IMG/VR virus record: IMGVR_UViG_3300036985_006490
Location: 64,001 to 128,000 of that record
Reading direction: 5' to 3' (one strand)
DNA: 64,000 nucleotides
Source: a virus
Part shown: piece after piece, positions 47,924-57,113 of the stretch
Position numbering within the stretch: position 1 is the first letter of the stretch
Layout: every line of letters begins with the position of its first letter
Notes under the pieces: generated by a model
What the model saw: only the letters and a program-made list of their open reading frames with translations
Database searches by the model: none
Told to the model about the DNA's origin: nothing
Made by a program: the position numbers and the translations under genes

Positions 47924-50900
47924 ATGAGATCATTTATTACTCACACAACCGAAAATTACGAACATATAACATTAAACTTAGTTAAGAGTATCAACAAATA
48001 TTCTGATTATAAAATTATTGTTTACACAATAGATTATGATGGTTCCGATAATCTACAAAAAGAAACTACATGTATAAGATTAGATTTGAACCTTCCGAGT
48101 TTGGATGATTCAAGTTTTATTTTAGACACAAATGGTAATTCATATGTTAATAGACCAAAAATTAGAACTTACTTAACTTTAGGTGCTAAAATTGACGCAA
48201 TGTTACATGCCACATCCATTATTGATGAATGGGTTTACATTGACTCAGATAGTATTGTAAATAAGAATGTTGATGAGTTATTCGATCACTGTAATAAAAT
48301 TACAGAGTTCCCATTAGCAACTTTAGGACCTTATGAATATGTTTTAATAACTACCCCTGATGGAAAATTATTAGGAAATCCATATTGGAAAGAAAACAAT
48401 ACAGTCGATAATGAAAATACTTTAGAATGGCCCTTAATGAAATTTATGGGTATAAATCCGAATCAAAGAAGTCATTATCGAACGACAAATATTTTAGTTG
48501 GAAACTCTAAAACAAAAGATTTTTTGAAAATATGGAAAGAAACTAAAGACATTTTACCAAAATTAGTTTCATTAGAAACTATCGCCCCTTACCATGAAGA
48601 AACATTATACAACGTATTAATTTGGAAAATTAATCCAAATCATGAAGGCTTGCCTATTTCATATATAAATGTTAATAGTGCCGACAGATTAAACCATTTT
48701 TTCAAATTTGTGCCAATAAAAAAAACAACAATTGACCACTTTTATGTCATACCTGAAAACAAAAATGATATTAAGGTTTTTCACGGAGAAAAACGTCAAT
48801 CAGAGATTGATAAAATGTTTGAAATAATTGATAATTCCAAAAATACTAAAGTTTTATTTTTAGCCCCTCACCTATCAACAGGTGGAATGCCATCTTACTT
48901 ATTAAAACGAATAGAAAGTCTCATTCAATATACATCAGATGTTGAAATATTTGTTGCAGAGTTTTGTGAATATTCAAATTTATATACAGTTCAAAGAAAC
49001 AGAATTAAAGAATTGATACCAGAACAAAGATTTTGGACTATTAATACTCTATCAAACCATACTGTTGAAAATTCAATGAAAGTTATAGACATTATTAAAA
49101 GTAATTCTATTGATATTGTACACGTTGACGAAATGATTGAAGGTTTTGATTCATTTAATAAAGTACCAAATGAGTTAAAAAATGCCCTCTACAACAATGA
49201 TAGAACTTGGAGAGTTGTAGAAACCTGTCATAATATTTGGTTCGACCCAAACACGTTAAAACAATTTCATCCTGATGCATATGCTTTATGTACCCCATAC
49301 CACTTGGAGAACACATTCAAAGAAATGCCATCCCACAAAGAGGTTTTCGAGTTCCCAATTGAAAACAATTTCAGGTCTCGTGAGGAACAAATCAAATCTC
49401 AAGAAATACTGGGATTAGATAGTACAAAAATTCACATAATCAATGTTGGTTTATGGACCTCAGGTAAAAATCAAGGTGAGGGGATTGAAATTGCAAGACA
49501 TTTTCAAGATAGAAACGTTGAATTTCATTTCGTAGGAAATCAAGCTTCAAACTTTGAAAGTTATTGGGGCCCTTTGATGTTAAACTTACCATCCAACGTT
49601 CGCGTTTGGGGAGAAAGGAATGACGTAGAAACCTTTATGAAAGCGTCCGACATTTTAATGTTTAATTCGACTTGGGAATGTAATCCATTGGTGATACGTG
49701 AAGCAGCATCACTGGGTCTAAAGATTATTACCAGAGATTTACCACAATATGTTGGAATGTTTAAGGGACTAATTACACCTCTTTCTGATGAAATTTCCAA
49801 CAATGTTGGTTTGTTACGTAAATTAATTTCTTCAACACGTGATTACCAAATACTGAATGGCATGACAGAAGAATTCACAGAAAAACATTATAATCTATAT
49901 AAATTCTTGTTAACACAAGAACCAATAAAAAACTTAAAAAATAATTCTAAAGTACATGTTAAACAATTTTTTGTAAACGAACCGTTTTTAGAAATTACAG
50001 GTGAAAGTGATAGTGAATATGATATTAAGTTTTTTGACGAATCAGGAATTTGCCATTACGATAATAAAATTAAATCAAACCATTGGATTAAATTAAATCG
50101 AAAATATTTTACCAAATGGAATACCAAAATTTTAGAAGATGGTGTTTTGATATATGACAAAACTCTTGATTATAAAGGTAAACGAGTTTTCATAAACTTT
50201 GATAGTCGTTCTTTGGGAGATACTATATCATGGATACCTTATGTTCTTGAATTCAAGAATGTTCATCAATGTGATGTGATTGTATCAACCCATTTGAATC
50301 ATCTTTTCCGTGATGTATATTCAGAATTAGAATTCGTGGAACCAGGAAATGTTATTCATAATATTCACGGACAATATAATATTGGTTGGTTTTATGATGT
50401 AAATAAAGAACCAGTCTTGCCAAACACAATTCCGTTACAACAAGCCGCAACAAATATTTTAGGATTACCATATACTGAAATAAAACCAAGAATTTCATAT
50501 AAAATTTATGACAGACCTTATAAAGAAAAGTATATAACAATTGCAACCAACTCGACCGCAGGATGTAAGTTTTGGACAAAAGAGGGATGGCAAGAACTTA
50601 TTAATCATATTAGCTCTTTAGGTTACAAAGTTGTTAATGTGTCCAAAGAAAATAACCCATTCAATAATTGTGAAAAATTAAAAAACACTGAAATGGATTA
50701 CACAATGAATGTCATTCATCACAGTGAATTCTTTGTAGGATTGTCAAGTGGATTGTCTTGGTTATCTTGGGCAATGGGGAAACACGTTGTAATGATTAGT
50801 AACTTTACAGAATCAAATCACGAATTTACTTCCAATTGTACAAGAATTACAAACCCAAATGTTTGTAATGGATGCTGGAACAGTCCTATTCATAGATTCG

Positions 50901-51016
50901 ATAAAGGGGATTGGAATTGGTGTCCTGTTCATAAAGGCACTTCTCAACAATTTGAATGTCATACATCAATAACATCAGAAATGGTAATAAATAAAATACA
51001 AACCTTATTAAAATGA
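47924..51016 (+). CDS. three-domain glycosyltransferase: GT-A-like + GT4-like + Aah/TibC-type O-heptosyltransferase
   Basis: YIDSD (GT-A); APHLSTGGMP, KNQ, E-CNPLV-x-REA (GT4); SRSLGDTISW-x-PY, KFW, GLSSGLSW-x-x-WA, CNGCW...WCP...FEC (TibC Fe-binding Cys set). Confidence 0.82.
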   Translation: MRSFITHTTENYEHITLNLVKSINKYSDYKIIVYTIDYDGSDNLQKETTCIRLDLNLPSLDDSSFILDTNGNSYVNRPKIRTYLTLGAKIDAMLHATSIIDEWVYIDSDSIVNKNVDELFDHCNKITEFPLATLGPYEYVLITTPDGKLLGNPYWKENNTVDNENTLEWPLMKFMGINPNQRSHYRTTNILVGNSKTKDFLKIWKETKDILPKLVSLETIAPYHEETLYNVLIWKINPNHEGLPISYINVNSADRLNHFFKFVPIKKTTIDHFYVIPENKNDIKVFHGEKRQSEIDKMFEIIDNSKNTKVLFLAPHLSTGGMPSYLLKRIESLIQYTSDVEIFVAEFCEYSNLYTVQRNRIKELIPEQRFWTINTLSNHTVENSMKVIDIIKSNSIDIVHVDEMIEGFDSFNKVPNELKNALYNNDRTWRVVETCHNIWFDPNTLKQFHPDAYALCTPYHLENTFKEMPSHKEVFEFPIENNFRSREEQIKSQEILGLDSTKIHIINVGLWTSGKNQGEGIEIARHFQDRNVEFHFVGNQASNFESYWGPLMLNLPSNVRVWGERNDVETFMKASDILMFNSTWECNPLVIREAASLGLKIITRDLPQYVGMFKGLITPLSDEISNNVGLLRKLISSTRDYQILNGMTEEFTEKHYNLYKFLLTQEPIKNLKNNSKVHVKQFFVNEPFLEITGESDSEYDIKFFDESGICHYDNKIKSNHWIKLNRKYFTKWNTKILEDGVLIYDKTLDYKGKRVFINFDSRSLGDTISWIPYVLEFKNVHQCDVIVSTHLNHLFRDVYSELEFVEPGNVIHNIHGQYNIGWFYDVNKEPVLPNTIPLQQAATNILGLPYTEIKPRISYKIYDRPYKEKYITIATNSTAGCKFWTKEGWQELINHISSLGYKVVNVSKENNPFNNCEKLKNTEMDYTMNVIHHSEFFVGLSSGLSWLSWAMGKHVVMISNFTESNHEFTSNCTRITNPNVCNGCWNSPIHRFDKGDWNWCPVHKGTSQQFECHTSITSEMVINKIQTLLK

Positions 51017-51696
51017 ACTTAGACCAATTTGTTTGGGAACCAAAATGTTATGATGGATTCCGAGAAACCGTAGAAAAAGAAATATTTGTTGATAAAATAT
51101 ATGAAAGACACGTTCAGGTAGAAGAAGGTGATGTGGTTTTCGACATCGGGGCAAGTTTGGGTCCATTTACCTTTTCAATCTTAGATAAAAATCCCTCACA
51201 AGTTTTTGTATTCGAACCAAGTTACGAGGAATTCAAAACATTAGTCCTAAACACAAGACACGGAAATGTTACTCATATAAACAAGGGTATTGGTAATACT
51301 GTGGGTGAGTTTGATTTTACAGGTGTATTTGACGTATCAGGCGACCATAAGTTATATTCCACAACTTTTAGTAAGATAATAAATGATTACAACATTCAAA
51401 AAATTGATTTCTTGAAAACTGATTGTGAAGGTGGTGAATATGATATTTTTACTTTGGAAAATTTGTTTTGGATAAAAAACAATGTTCGAAAGATTTCAGG
51501 AGAATGGCATTTAAGAACTCCTGAATTGAAAGAAAAATTTAGAATATTCAGAGACGTTTATTTAAGAGTCTTCACAGATTTCAGAGTTTTTTCTTTTGAT
51601 GGTATTGACATTACTTGGTCTATTTGGAATGATGATTTCATTCCATATTACAAAGAAGTTATGATATACATTGATAATAGAGATACGTTTAAATAA
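51013..51696 (+). CDS. FkbM family methyltransferase
   Basis: VVFDIGASLG-x-F, FEP, IDFLKTDCEGGEY, GEWH. Confidence 0.85.
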   Translation: MNLDQFVWEPKCYDGFRETVEKEIFVDKIYERHVQVEEGDVVFDIGASLGPFTFSILDKNPSQVFVFEPSYEEFKTLVLNTRHGNVTHINKGIGNTVGEFDFTGVFDVSGDHKLYSTTFSKIINDYNIQKIDFLKTDCEGGEYDIFTLENLFWIKNNVRKISGEWHLRTPELKEKFRIFRDVYLRVFTDFRVFSFDGIDITWSIWNDDFIPYYKEVMIYIDNRDTFK

Positions 51697-52534
51697 TTTT
51701 TTTGTAATTGATTTTTAAGTCTTCCTCATTTAACATCGAGGGAATATAATTACTGAATTTTTGTGAAATATGATTTATTAGGTTTTTTGCATATCTTCTA
51801 TTGTGATTTGGTCCAGGATGCGCTCCATCCGATCCAAAGTCACTGAAACTACTGTAATCCCCGTCAAACCTGTTAAATTCTTGGTAATCTTTGGGAATGT
51901 TCAACCATCCATTCCATATCCAATTACATTTCTTCGTCTCCAAAAAATACTTTATCAGAAGATGATTTTTATACCAATTCATAAAATCTTCATAATCATT
52001 TTGTATTGCAGTTAAATTATTTTGTAATTCCCGACCGTCTTCAGTCTCCTCAGTATATCCCCATTGTGAAGTTATCATGAATGGCTCTAAACCTCCGTCT
52101 TTGGTATAGAGTTCCCTTCTATGAGGTTGAGTATACATAATTAAAACTAAGTCAGGTTTTATAAAATCATAATAAGTTATTAGGCACCTTGCGATAAAAT
52201 CATTACTTCGTCCTCCCACACCAAAGTTATGGTCAACTCCATTTTTAATTAATTTAGAAAATTGTGCAGGCCATGTTTCATCATTATTAACTCCAACACC
52301 TTCAGTATTAGAGTCCCCAATAGACATTATCTTAAACCCATCTTTATGTATTGAATCTCCTCTGAACCCTAATTCATTATAAGTATATGTACATAACCGG
52401 GTTTTATCTGAACCTGATGTGTGATATGACTGATTAACCTTTTCAGATAAATTCCATTTGTAACTTGATATTTCAAATCCTTTTGGAGTCCAATATTTAA
52501 TATTATCAACCGACTTAAAAAATATTTCATCCAT
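51689..52534 (-). CDS. SGNH-like protein
   Basis: YNELGFRG, GDSNTEGVG, NFGVGG-x-SN, DGAHPG. Confidence 0.7.
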   Translation of the reverse strand: MDEIFFKSVDNIKYWTPKGFEISSYKWNLSEKVNQSYHTSGSDKTRLCTYTYNELGFRGDSIHKDGFKIMSIGDSNTEGVGVNNDETWPAQFSKLIKNGVDHNFGVGGRSNDFIARCLITYYDFIKPDLVLIMYTQPHRRELYTKDGGLEPFMITSQWGYTEETEDGRELQNNLTAIQNDYEDFMNWYKNHLLIKYFLETKKCNWIWNGWLNIPKDYQEFNRFDGDYSSFSDFGSDGAHPGPNHNRRYAKNLINHISQKFSNYIPSMLNEEDLKINYKKII

Positions 52535-53610
52535 TATATTAGATTTTGTTTTTTTGAAATAAATTCTTGTAAATTATGCCAACATTGCTCCGAAGGAATA
52601 AATGAATTAACTTCCCGAACAAAGTCATCATAATCGGGGTGTGAAACATCCCAAACTTTTTCTGTTTCAAACTCTTCATGAGTAAATGTTCCCCAGTTAT
52701 TAATTTTTCCATAAAAAACATTAACTTTTTTTCCAAAAATTGACAACATTAAATCATAAAACATTTTCATTTCTTTATAATTTTTTTGTTGTACTACAAA
52801 AGAAGTTTTAATATTCTTCAAACCCCTTATAGTGTTAATGAATTTTAGATTTTCAATTAATTCATCCCAATTCCCACCAACTCTCACTTTATTTTCATAT
52901 GTATCTTTAATTGCGGCATCGATACTAATTTCACATGTTTTCACATATTTGTGAACTTTGGTCATTGATTCCCACATTTTTCTATCCCATCTTGTAGCAT
53001 TGGTATGAAGATGTATATGGGTTAAACTTGGCCATTTGTTCGAATCAAAGTTTCTGAGAAAATCTCTAAACCCAACAGAAAGGAAAGGATCCCCAGTTCC
53101 AGTAATGTATAGTCTTTTTGTTGTTTGTCCATATTGTGATTCAATCTCATCGATAGTTTTTTTCACTCTTTCAATTCCCTTGGAATTTTCTACTATCAAG
53201 TTTATACGACAGGATGGGCATTTGAGATTACAAGTTCTGTCGAATGAAAATTGTATTGTGGATGGTGGAGTCACAATTCCCTTTTTGAATGAATCTATCT
53301 TTGATTCCAAGTCCTTTGGTAGTCTATTTTTGTGATATAATACACTTGTGTTTCCAATTTCACCAAAATTTTCAAGTTGATGTAAAAAGGGACATTGAGA
53401 TTTATCACAGTGTCTAAAAGAACCATCTATTACAGATTCTCGTATTTCGTTTGCTTCAGATGACTCCCAAGCATCTTTTGGAGATGTATGTTGTGGTAAA
53501 TGTTTTTTCAACCAAGATGCACAACACAAAAATCTATCCTTTTCATGAATTTCAAGAGCGGCAAAAGGTACTCCACAAACATAATCTTTTAAATCTATCT
53601 CAGTATTCAT
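52534..53610 (-). CDS. N-terminal twitch/SPASM radical SAM protein
   Basis: C-x-x-PF...LCC...W...C-x-x-x-x-CP, CNLKCPSC, ITGTGDPF, TNA, ISIDA, FVVQ-x-x-N. Confidence 0.88.
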   Translation of the reverse strand: MNTEIDLKDYVCGVPFAALEIHEKDRFLCCASWLKKHLPQHTSPKDAWESSEANEIRESVIDGSFRHCDKSQCPFLHQLENFGEIGNTSVLYHKNRLPKDLESKIDSFKKGIVTPPSTIQFSFDRTCNLKCPSCRINLIVENSKGIERVKKTIDEIESQYGQTTKRLYITGTGDPFLSVGFRDFLRNFDSNKWPSLTHIHLHTNATRWDRKMWESMTKVHKYVKTCEISIDAAIKDTYENKVRVGGNWDELIENLKFINTIRGLKNIKTSFVVQQKNYKEMKMFYDLMLSIFGKKVNVFYGKINNWGTFTHEEFETEKVWDVSHPDYDDFVREVNSFIPSEQCWHNLQEFISKKQNLI

Positions 53611-53649
53611 TTATCTAAAATTATAAGACAATTTTTAGTTTTATCACCA

Positions 53650-54474
53650 TTATATGGAAGATTTGATTTTTTCTAAATGATTGAAAATTGGATAACCATC
53701 CCAAGTAGATTCGAACGTATTCGGCTTTGTCTTTGATATTAGATTTGGTTCATTCAATTCAATCCAATTGAATATTTGGTTTGAGATATATTCATAACCT
53801 AACTCATTTGGATGTTCACATATCAGTGATTTCATATTCGGATTATTAATGAAATTAGGAAAAATAGACTTTGTAAACTTCATTAAGTTTTTTGTGTTAT
53901 GTAATTTTTCAAAAAGTACGTTGTGATTGTAATCTACTGGTATGTAAAAAAATTTGTATTTTTTCGTTTGACAATGTTCTTCCATTATTTTTAGGTAAAA
54001 AATTTGTTCTAAAAATGGGTCTAAATCTATGTTATCAATAAATTTGATGTATTCCCTTCCAATATCATAACTGTGAACATTGTAAATATTTTTTTCCATA
54101 CTCGGATTTATGTTCAGTACTGAACACTCCCTATAAAAAGAAAACCTGCTTGGAATTGGTAATAACCAAATTAATAAAACATCGAATTCTTCTGATAAGT
54201 TTTTATCATAATATTTTTCGAACCACACTTTCAGATTTCCCGAAGTCGATGATCCACCAAATCCTAAATTTATTAGACAATCATAATTTATTTGTTTTTG
54301 AAGATTTGTCGGCCAAGAATATTTATGAAATCTTTCTTTACTTGGAAAATAAACTTCTTCAGTATTTTTATACTTGATTTTATTCTCAACTTTGTATGAA
54401 ACTACCTCAGGGGCATAACAACCAACACCTTCGGTAAATGAACATCCAATTGTTATTAAAAGTTTTTTTTTCAT
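53650..54474 (-). CDS. SGNH-like protein (G-C-S variant)
   Basis: IGCSFTEGVG, NLGFGGSS, HPNELGY. Confidence 0.65.
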   Translation of the reverse strand: MKKKLLITIGCSFTEGVGCYAPEVVSYKVENKIKYKNTEEVYFPSKERFHKYSWPTNLQKQINYDCLINLGFGGSSTSGNLKVWFEKYYDKNLSEEFDVLLIWLLPIPSRFSFYRECSVLNINPSMEKNIYNVHSYDIGREYIKFIDNIDLDPFLEQIFYLKIMEEHCQTKKYKFFYIPVDYNHNVLFEKLHNTKNLMKFTKSIFPNFINNPNMKSLICEHPNELGYEYISNQIFNWIELNEPNLISKTKPNTFESTWDGYPIFNHLEKIKSSI

Positions 54475-54491
54475 ACTAAATCATAACTTTA

Positions 54492-54986
54492 TTAGATGAG
54501 TTTGTTATTTTCTTTTGAAACAACATCTTCATGATTAATAAACATAATAACACTCCTACGAGTTCCCTTGGTGATTTTTTTCACCTCATGGTCATACTTG
54601 GATTCGAATACATACGGTACTCCAATTTCTTTTTCAATAAAATAATATGGGTCATAAACAATATAGTCTCCACCCTCATAATTATCATTCAAATGAAATC
54701 CTGTAACCAAGTATCTATTTTTACCATAAACATAATTATTATCAGTATGGCGTAGAAAATAGTCATTTTCTTTATACCTCATAATCACAAATTTTTGGTC
54801 ATAAGAATTTAAACTCAAATTTAATTTTGATTCGACCCATTTCAATAATTTTATTTTAACAGGAATTACTAAGTCAGATTCAATTATTTTAGCGTCATAA
54901 CTCCTATCCCGTTTGACAAAATATTCTAAATCATGATAAAGCGTTTCTATCGATTCGATTTCATCTTGAGTAATTAATTTCATCAT
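54492..54986 (-). CDS. 2OG-Fe(II) oxygenase (prolyl-4-hydroxylase-like)
   Basis: RY...F-x-x-HTD, LNDNYEGG, HEVKKITKGTR. Confidence 0.85.
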   Translation of the reverse strand: MMKLITQDEIESIETLYHDLEYFVKRDRSYDAKIIESDLVIPVKIKLLKWVESKLNLSLNSYDQKFVIMRYKENDYFLRHTDNNYVYGKNRYLVTGFHLNDNYEGGDYIVYDPYYFIEKEIGVPYVFESKYDHEVKKITKGTRRSVIMFINHEDVVSKENNKLI

Positions 54987-54994
54987 TATACCGA

Positions 54995-55441
54995 TTATAT
55001 TAAACTATTTTTTTTTATTGAAAGTGGATTATTATGCATAAACCCAACTAAGGTATATCTGTCTCCAATACAATCATTTACTTTATGTTGTTCATCACCA
55101 GAAAAATAAATCATATCTCCCGTTTTAGGTTTGTATTCTTTGCAACCAAAAATTACTTCACCTCCAATAAAATCCTCATTTAAAAAAATTATAAATGACC
55201 ATGGGTTAACATGTCCATGAAATGTCTCTATCTGTTTAATAGTTTCATTAACCATTTGAACTCGAATTTTTTTGAAAAAAAAATTTGAAAATTTTTGTAT
55301 AGTTAAATCTCTATTTATTAAATCTATATAGTAAAATTTATATACATTATCTCCATAATAATTCATTTTTTCATTATTAAACATATCAATGAAATATAAA
55401 ACTTCTTTTTCTTCCAAGAATGATTTCACATATTTTATCAT
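54995..55441 (-). CDS. 2OG-Fe(II) oxygenase (HxH variant)
   Basis: FHGH, FLNEDFIGGE, P-x-x-G, HKV...RYTL; start MIKY. Confidence 0.8.
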   Translation of the reverse strand: MIKYVKSFLEEKEVLYFIDMFNNEKMNYYGDNVYKFYYIDLINRDLTIQKFSNFFFKKIRVQMVNETIKQIETFHGHVNPWSFIIFLNEDFIGGEVIFGCKEYKPKTGDMIYFSGDEQHKVNDCIGDRYTLVGFMHNNPLSIKKNSLI

Positions 55442-55451
55442 AAGTTTATGT

Positions 55452-55919
55452 CTAAAATGGTTTATTAACGCAAATTTGACCAAAATGTGAGAATAGTAAA
55501 TAGCATTCTCCCTCCTCGATTTTACTTACTTGTTGGTTTGTAGATCTTCCATGAATTACTCCATACCCTGTAGTCATCTTGTTACGAACATTATTGAAAT
55601 AAAAATTTCCTCCTATAAAATCTTCATTTAAAAAAACAACAACAGTGAACGTCGTATGTCTATATAAACTTTTTTGATTACTATAATTAAAAGTATGGGT
55701 TGGTAATCTATATCCTTTTGATAATTTTATAATTCTGTTTTCAATTATTTCATTTACTGAAATCTTTTTGTTTTCATAAAGAATATTTTTCAATTTTGTA
55801 TCTAACCAATTGTATTTAATAAATTTCTGATAGTATTTGAAATCTTGGTCATACAGTTGCCATTCAGATTCGTTTGAAAGGAGTAAACTACATTCTTCCT
55901 TTGAAAAAAATTGATACAT
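55452..55919 (-). CDS. 2OG-Fe(II) oxygenase-like protein with degenerate metal ligands
   Basis: FLNEDFIGG core, but HTF in place of HxD and QQV/EC in place of H-x-V/R. Confidence 0.65.
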   Translation of the reverse strand: MYQFFSKEECSLLLSNESEWQLYDQDFKYYQKFIKYNWLDTKLKNILYENKKISVNEIIENRIIKLSKGYRLPTHTFNYSNQKSLYRHTTFTVVVFLNEDFIGGNFYFNNVRNKMTTGYGVIHGRSTNQQVSKIEEGECYLLFSHFGQICVNKPF

Positions 55920-55920
55920 T

Positions 55921-56520
55921 TTATATGATATTATTGGTATATTTAACTTGGTTTTCCACATCTAAACAAAAATTTCCAGCATACACGATTCTATCTAATT
56001 CAGATTTTGGGGTAGGGATTGCCGTATGTCTTATATTTGCCGGAAATATAAAAAAATCTCCTTCTTGTGGTAAAAATTTATGTCTTATTTTGTCTTCAGT
56101 TTCGAAAACAATATGCCCCTCATCTCCTTTAATATCTTTTGGTGTTTGTAAGTAATATGTGAACGTAAAGTCCGTCGTAATATTTGACCGACCAGGTGGA
56201 TGAACTAAAAGATGTTGGTGTAACCATTCCATATCAAACCCTTTGGTCTGAGTATATATCCAAAAATGTTCCGCATAATTAATAAACTTTCTATTTGAGA
56301 TTTCTTCTACGTATTTTTTAATTTTTTTATTAATTTGTAGAAAACATTTAGTGTTTATTTCCATCCAAATTGAATTCTCTTTTGTTTGAGTTTTGGTATA
56401 GATTACTGATGAATCATTTAACTTTGCATATTTAAGACAATCATCTTTTATATTCATAAATTTATCATCATGACCTTTATGAATAGTAAATGTCGTAGAC
56501 AACTTCAATTCTTGAATCAT
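55921..56520 (-). CDS. putative 2OG-Fe(II) oxygenase (TIGR02466-like)
   Basis: W...HQH, YYLQTP...G-x-I-x-F, P-x-EGD-x-x-IFPA-x-x-x-H, RIV-x-AGN. Confidence 0.8.
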   Translation of the reverse strand: MIQELKLSTTFTIHKGHDDKFMNIKDDCLKYAKLNDSSVIYTKTQTKENSIWMEINTKCFLQINKKIKKYVEEISNRKFINYAEHFWIYTQTKGFDMEWLHQHLLVHPPGRSNITTDFTFTYYLQTPKDIKGDEGHIVFETEDKIRHKFLPQEGDFFIFPANIRHTAIPTPKSELDRIVYAGNFCLDVENQVKYTNNII

Positions 56521-56954
56521 ATGATTTTTTTATCAATTTTTTCGTATCTCTGATAGTTACTGAGTATTTCCTCTCCCTTTTTAATATCTCTTATTGATTT
56601 CATACTATTTTTATCAATATTACTTTTAGTTTCATAATAACCACTGTTCACAAAATAATATGGGTTAGTATAAATCCAATGACAACTGTTAGTTAATTTT
56701 ACATAAATGCTAGTGTCTTTTGGGAAATCTGAGGAAAATAAAAATAAATCTTGAATGTGTTGACGTAATTCCTCATTCAATTCACTTAATTGGTCTTGAG
56801 TTATGGGGTAGAATCCTGTTTTACCCTCCCACAATTGAAACAAAAGTGTGTCTTTAACGATATCTTTTATCGCAAAAACTCCTATTCCTGAAATATTACT
56901 TGGTTTCAACTTTACAAAAACACAATTTTTTATGTAATTGTACGCATCCATCAT
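56517..56954 (-). CDS. SET-domain methyltransferase-like protein
   Basis: S-x-I-x-GIGVFAIKDI, FVNSG (NHS position altered), RDIKKGEEI-x-x-NY. Confidence 0.8.
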   Translation of the reverse strand: MMDAYNYIKNCVFVKLKPSNISGIGVFAIKDIVKDTLLFQLWEGKTGFYPITQDQLSELNEELRQHIQDLFLFSSDFPKDTSIYVKLTNSCHWIYTNPYYFVNSGYYETKSNIDKNSMKSIRDIKKGEEILSNYQRYEKIDKKII

Positions 56955-57103
56955 AAATGTTTATTCATAAACAATTCAAAAAATTTACCAATTACAGTTT
57001 CGACTCTTTCTTTTTCTGTAGTTGATAATTGTTCGGTTGTTCTGTTTTTAATTTGATTTAAGGACTTTTTTTTGTATAACTGAGGGTGTTTAGATATATC
57101 CAT
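56951..57103 (-). CDS. small protein (50 aa) between the poly-Hint and SET genes, absent from the ORF track
   Basis: MDISKHPQLYKKKSLNQIKNRTTEQLSTTEKERVETVIGKFFELFMNKHL*; ATGA-coupled to the SET gene. Confidence 0.65.
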   Translation of the reverse strand: MDISKHPQLYKKKSLNQIKNRTTEQLSTTEKERVETVIGKFFELFMNKHL

Positions 57104-57113
57104 GTTTGTAAAT

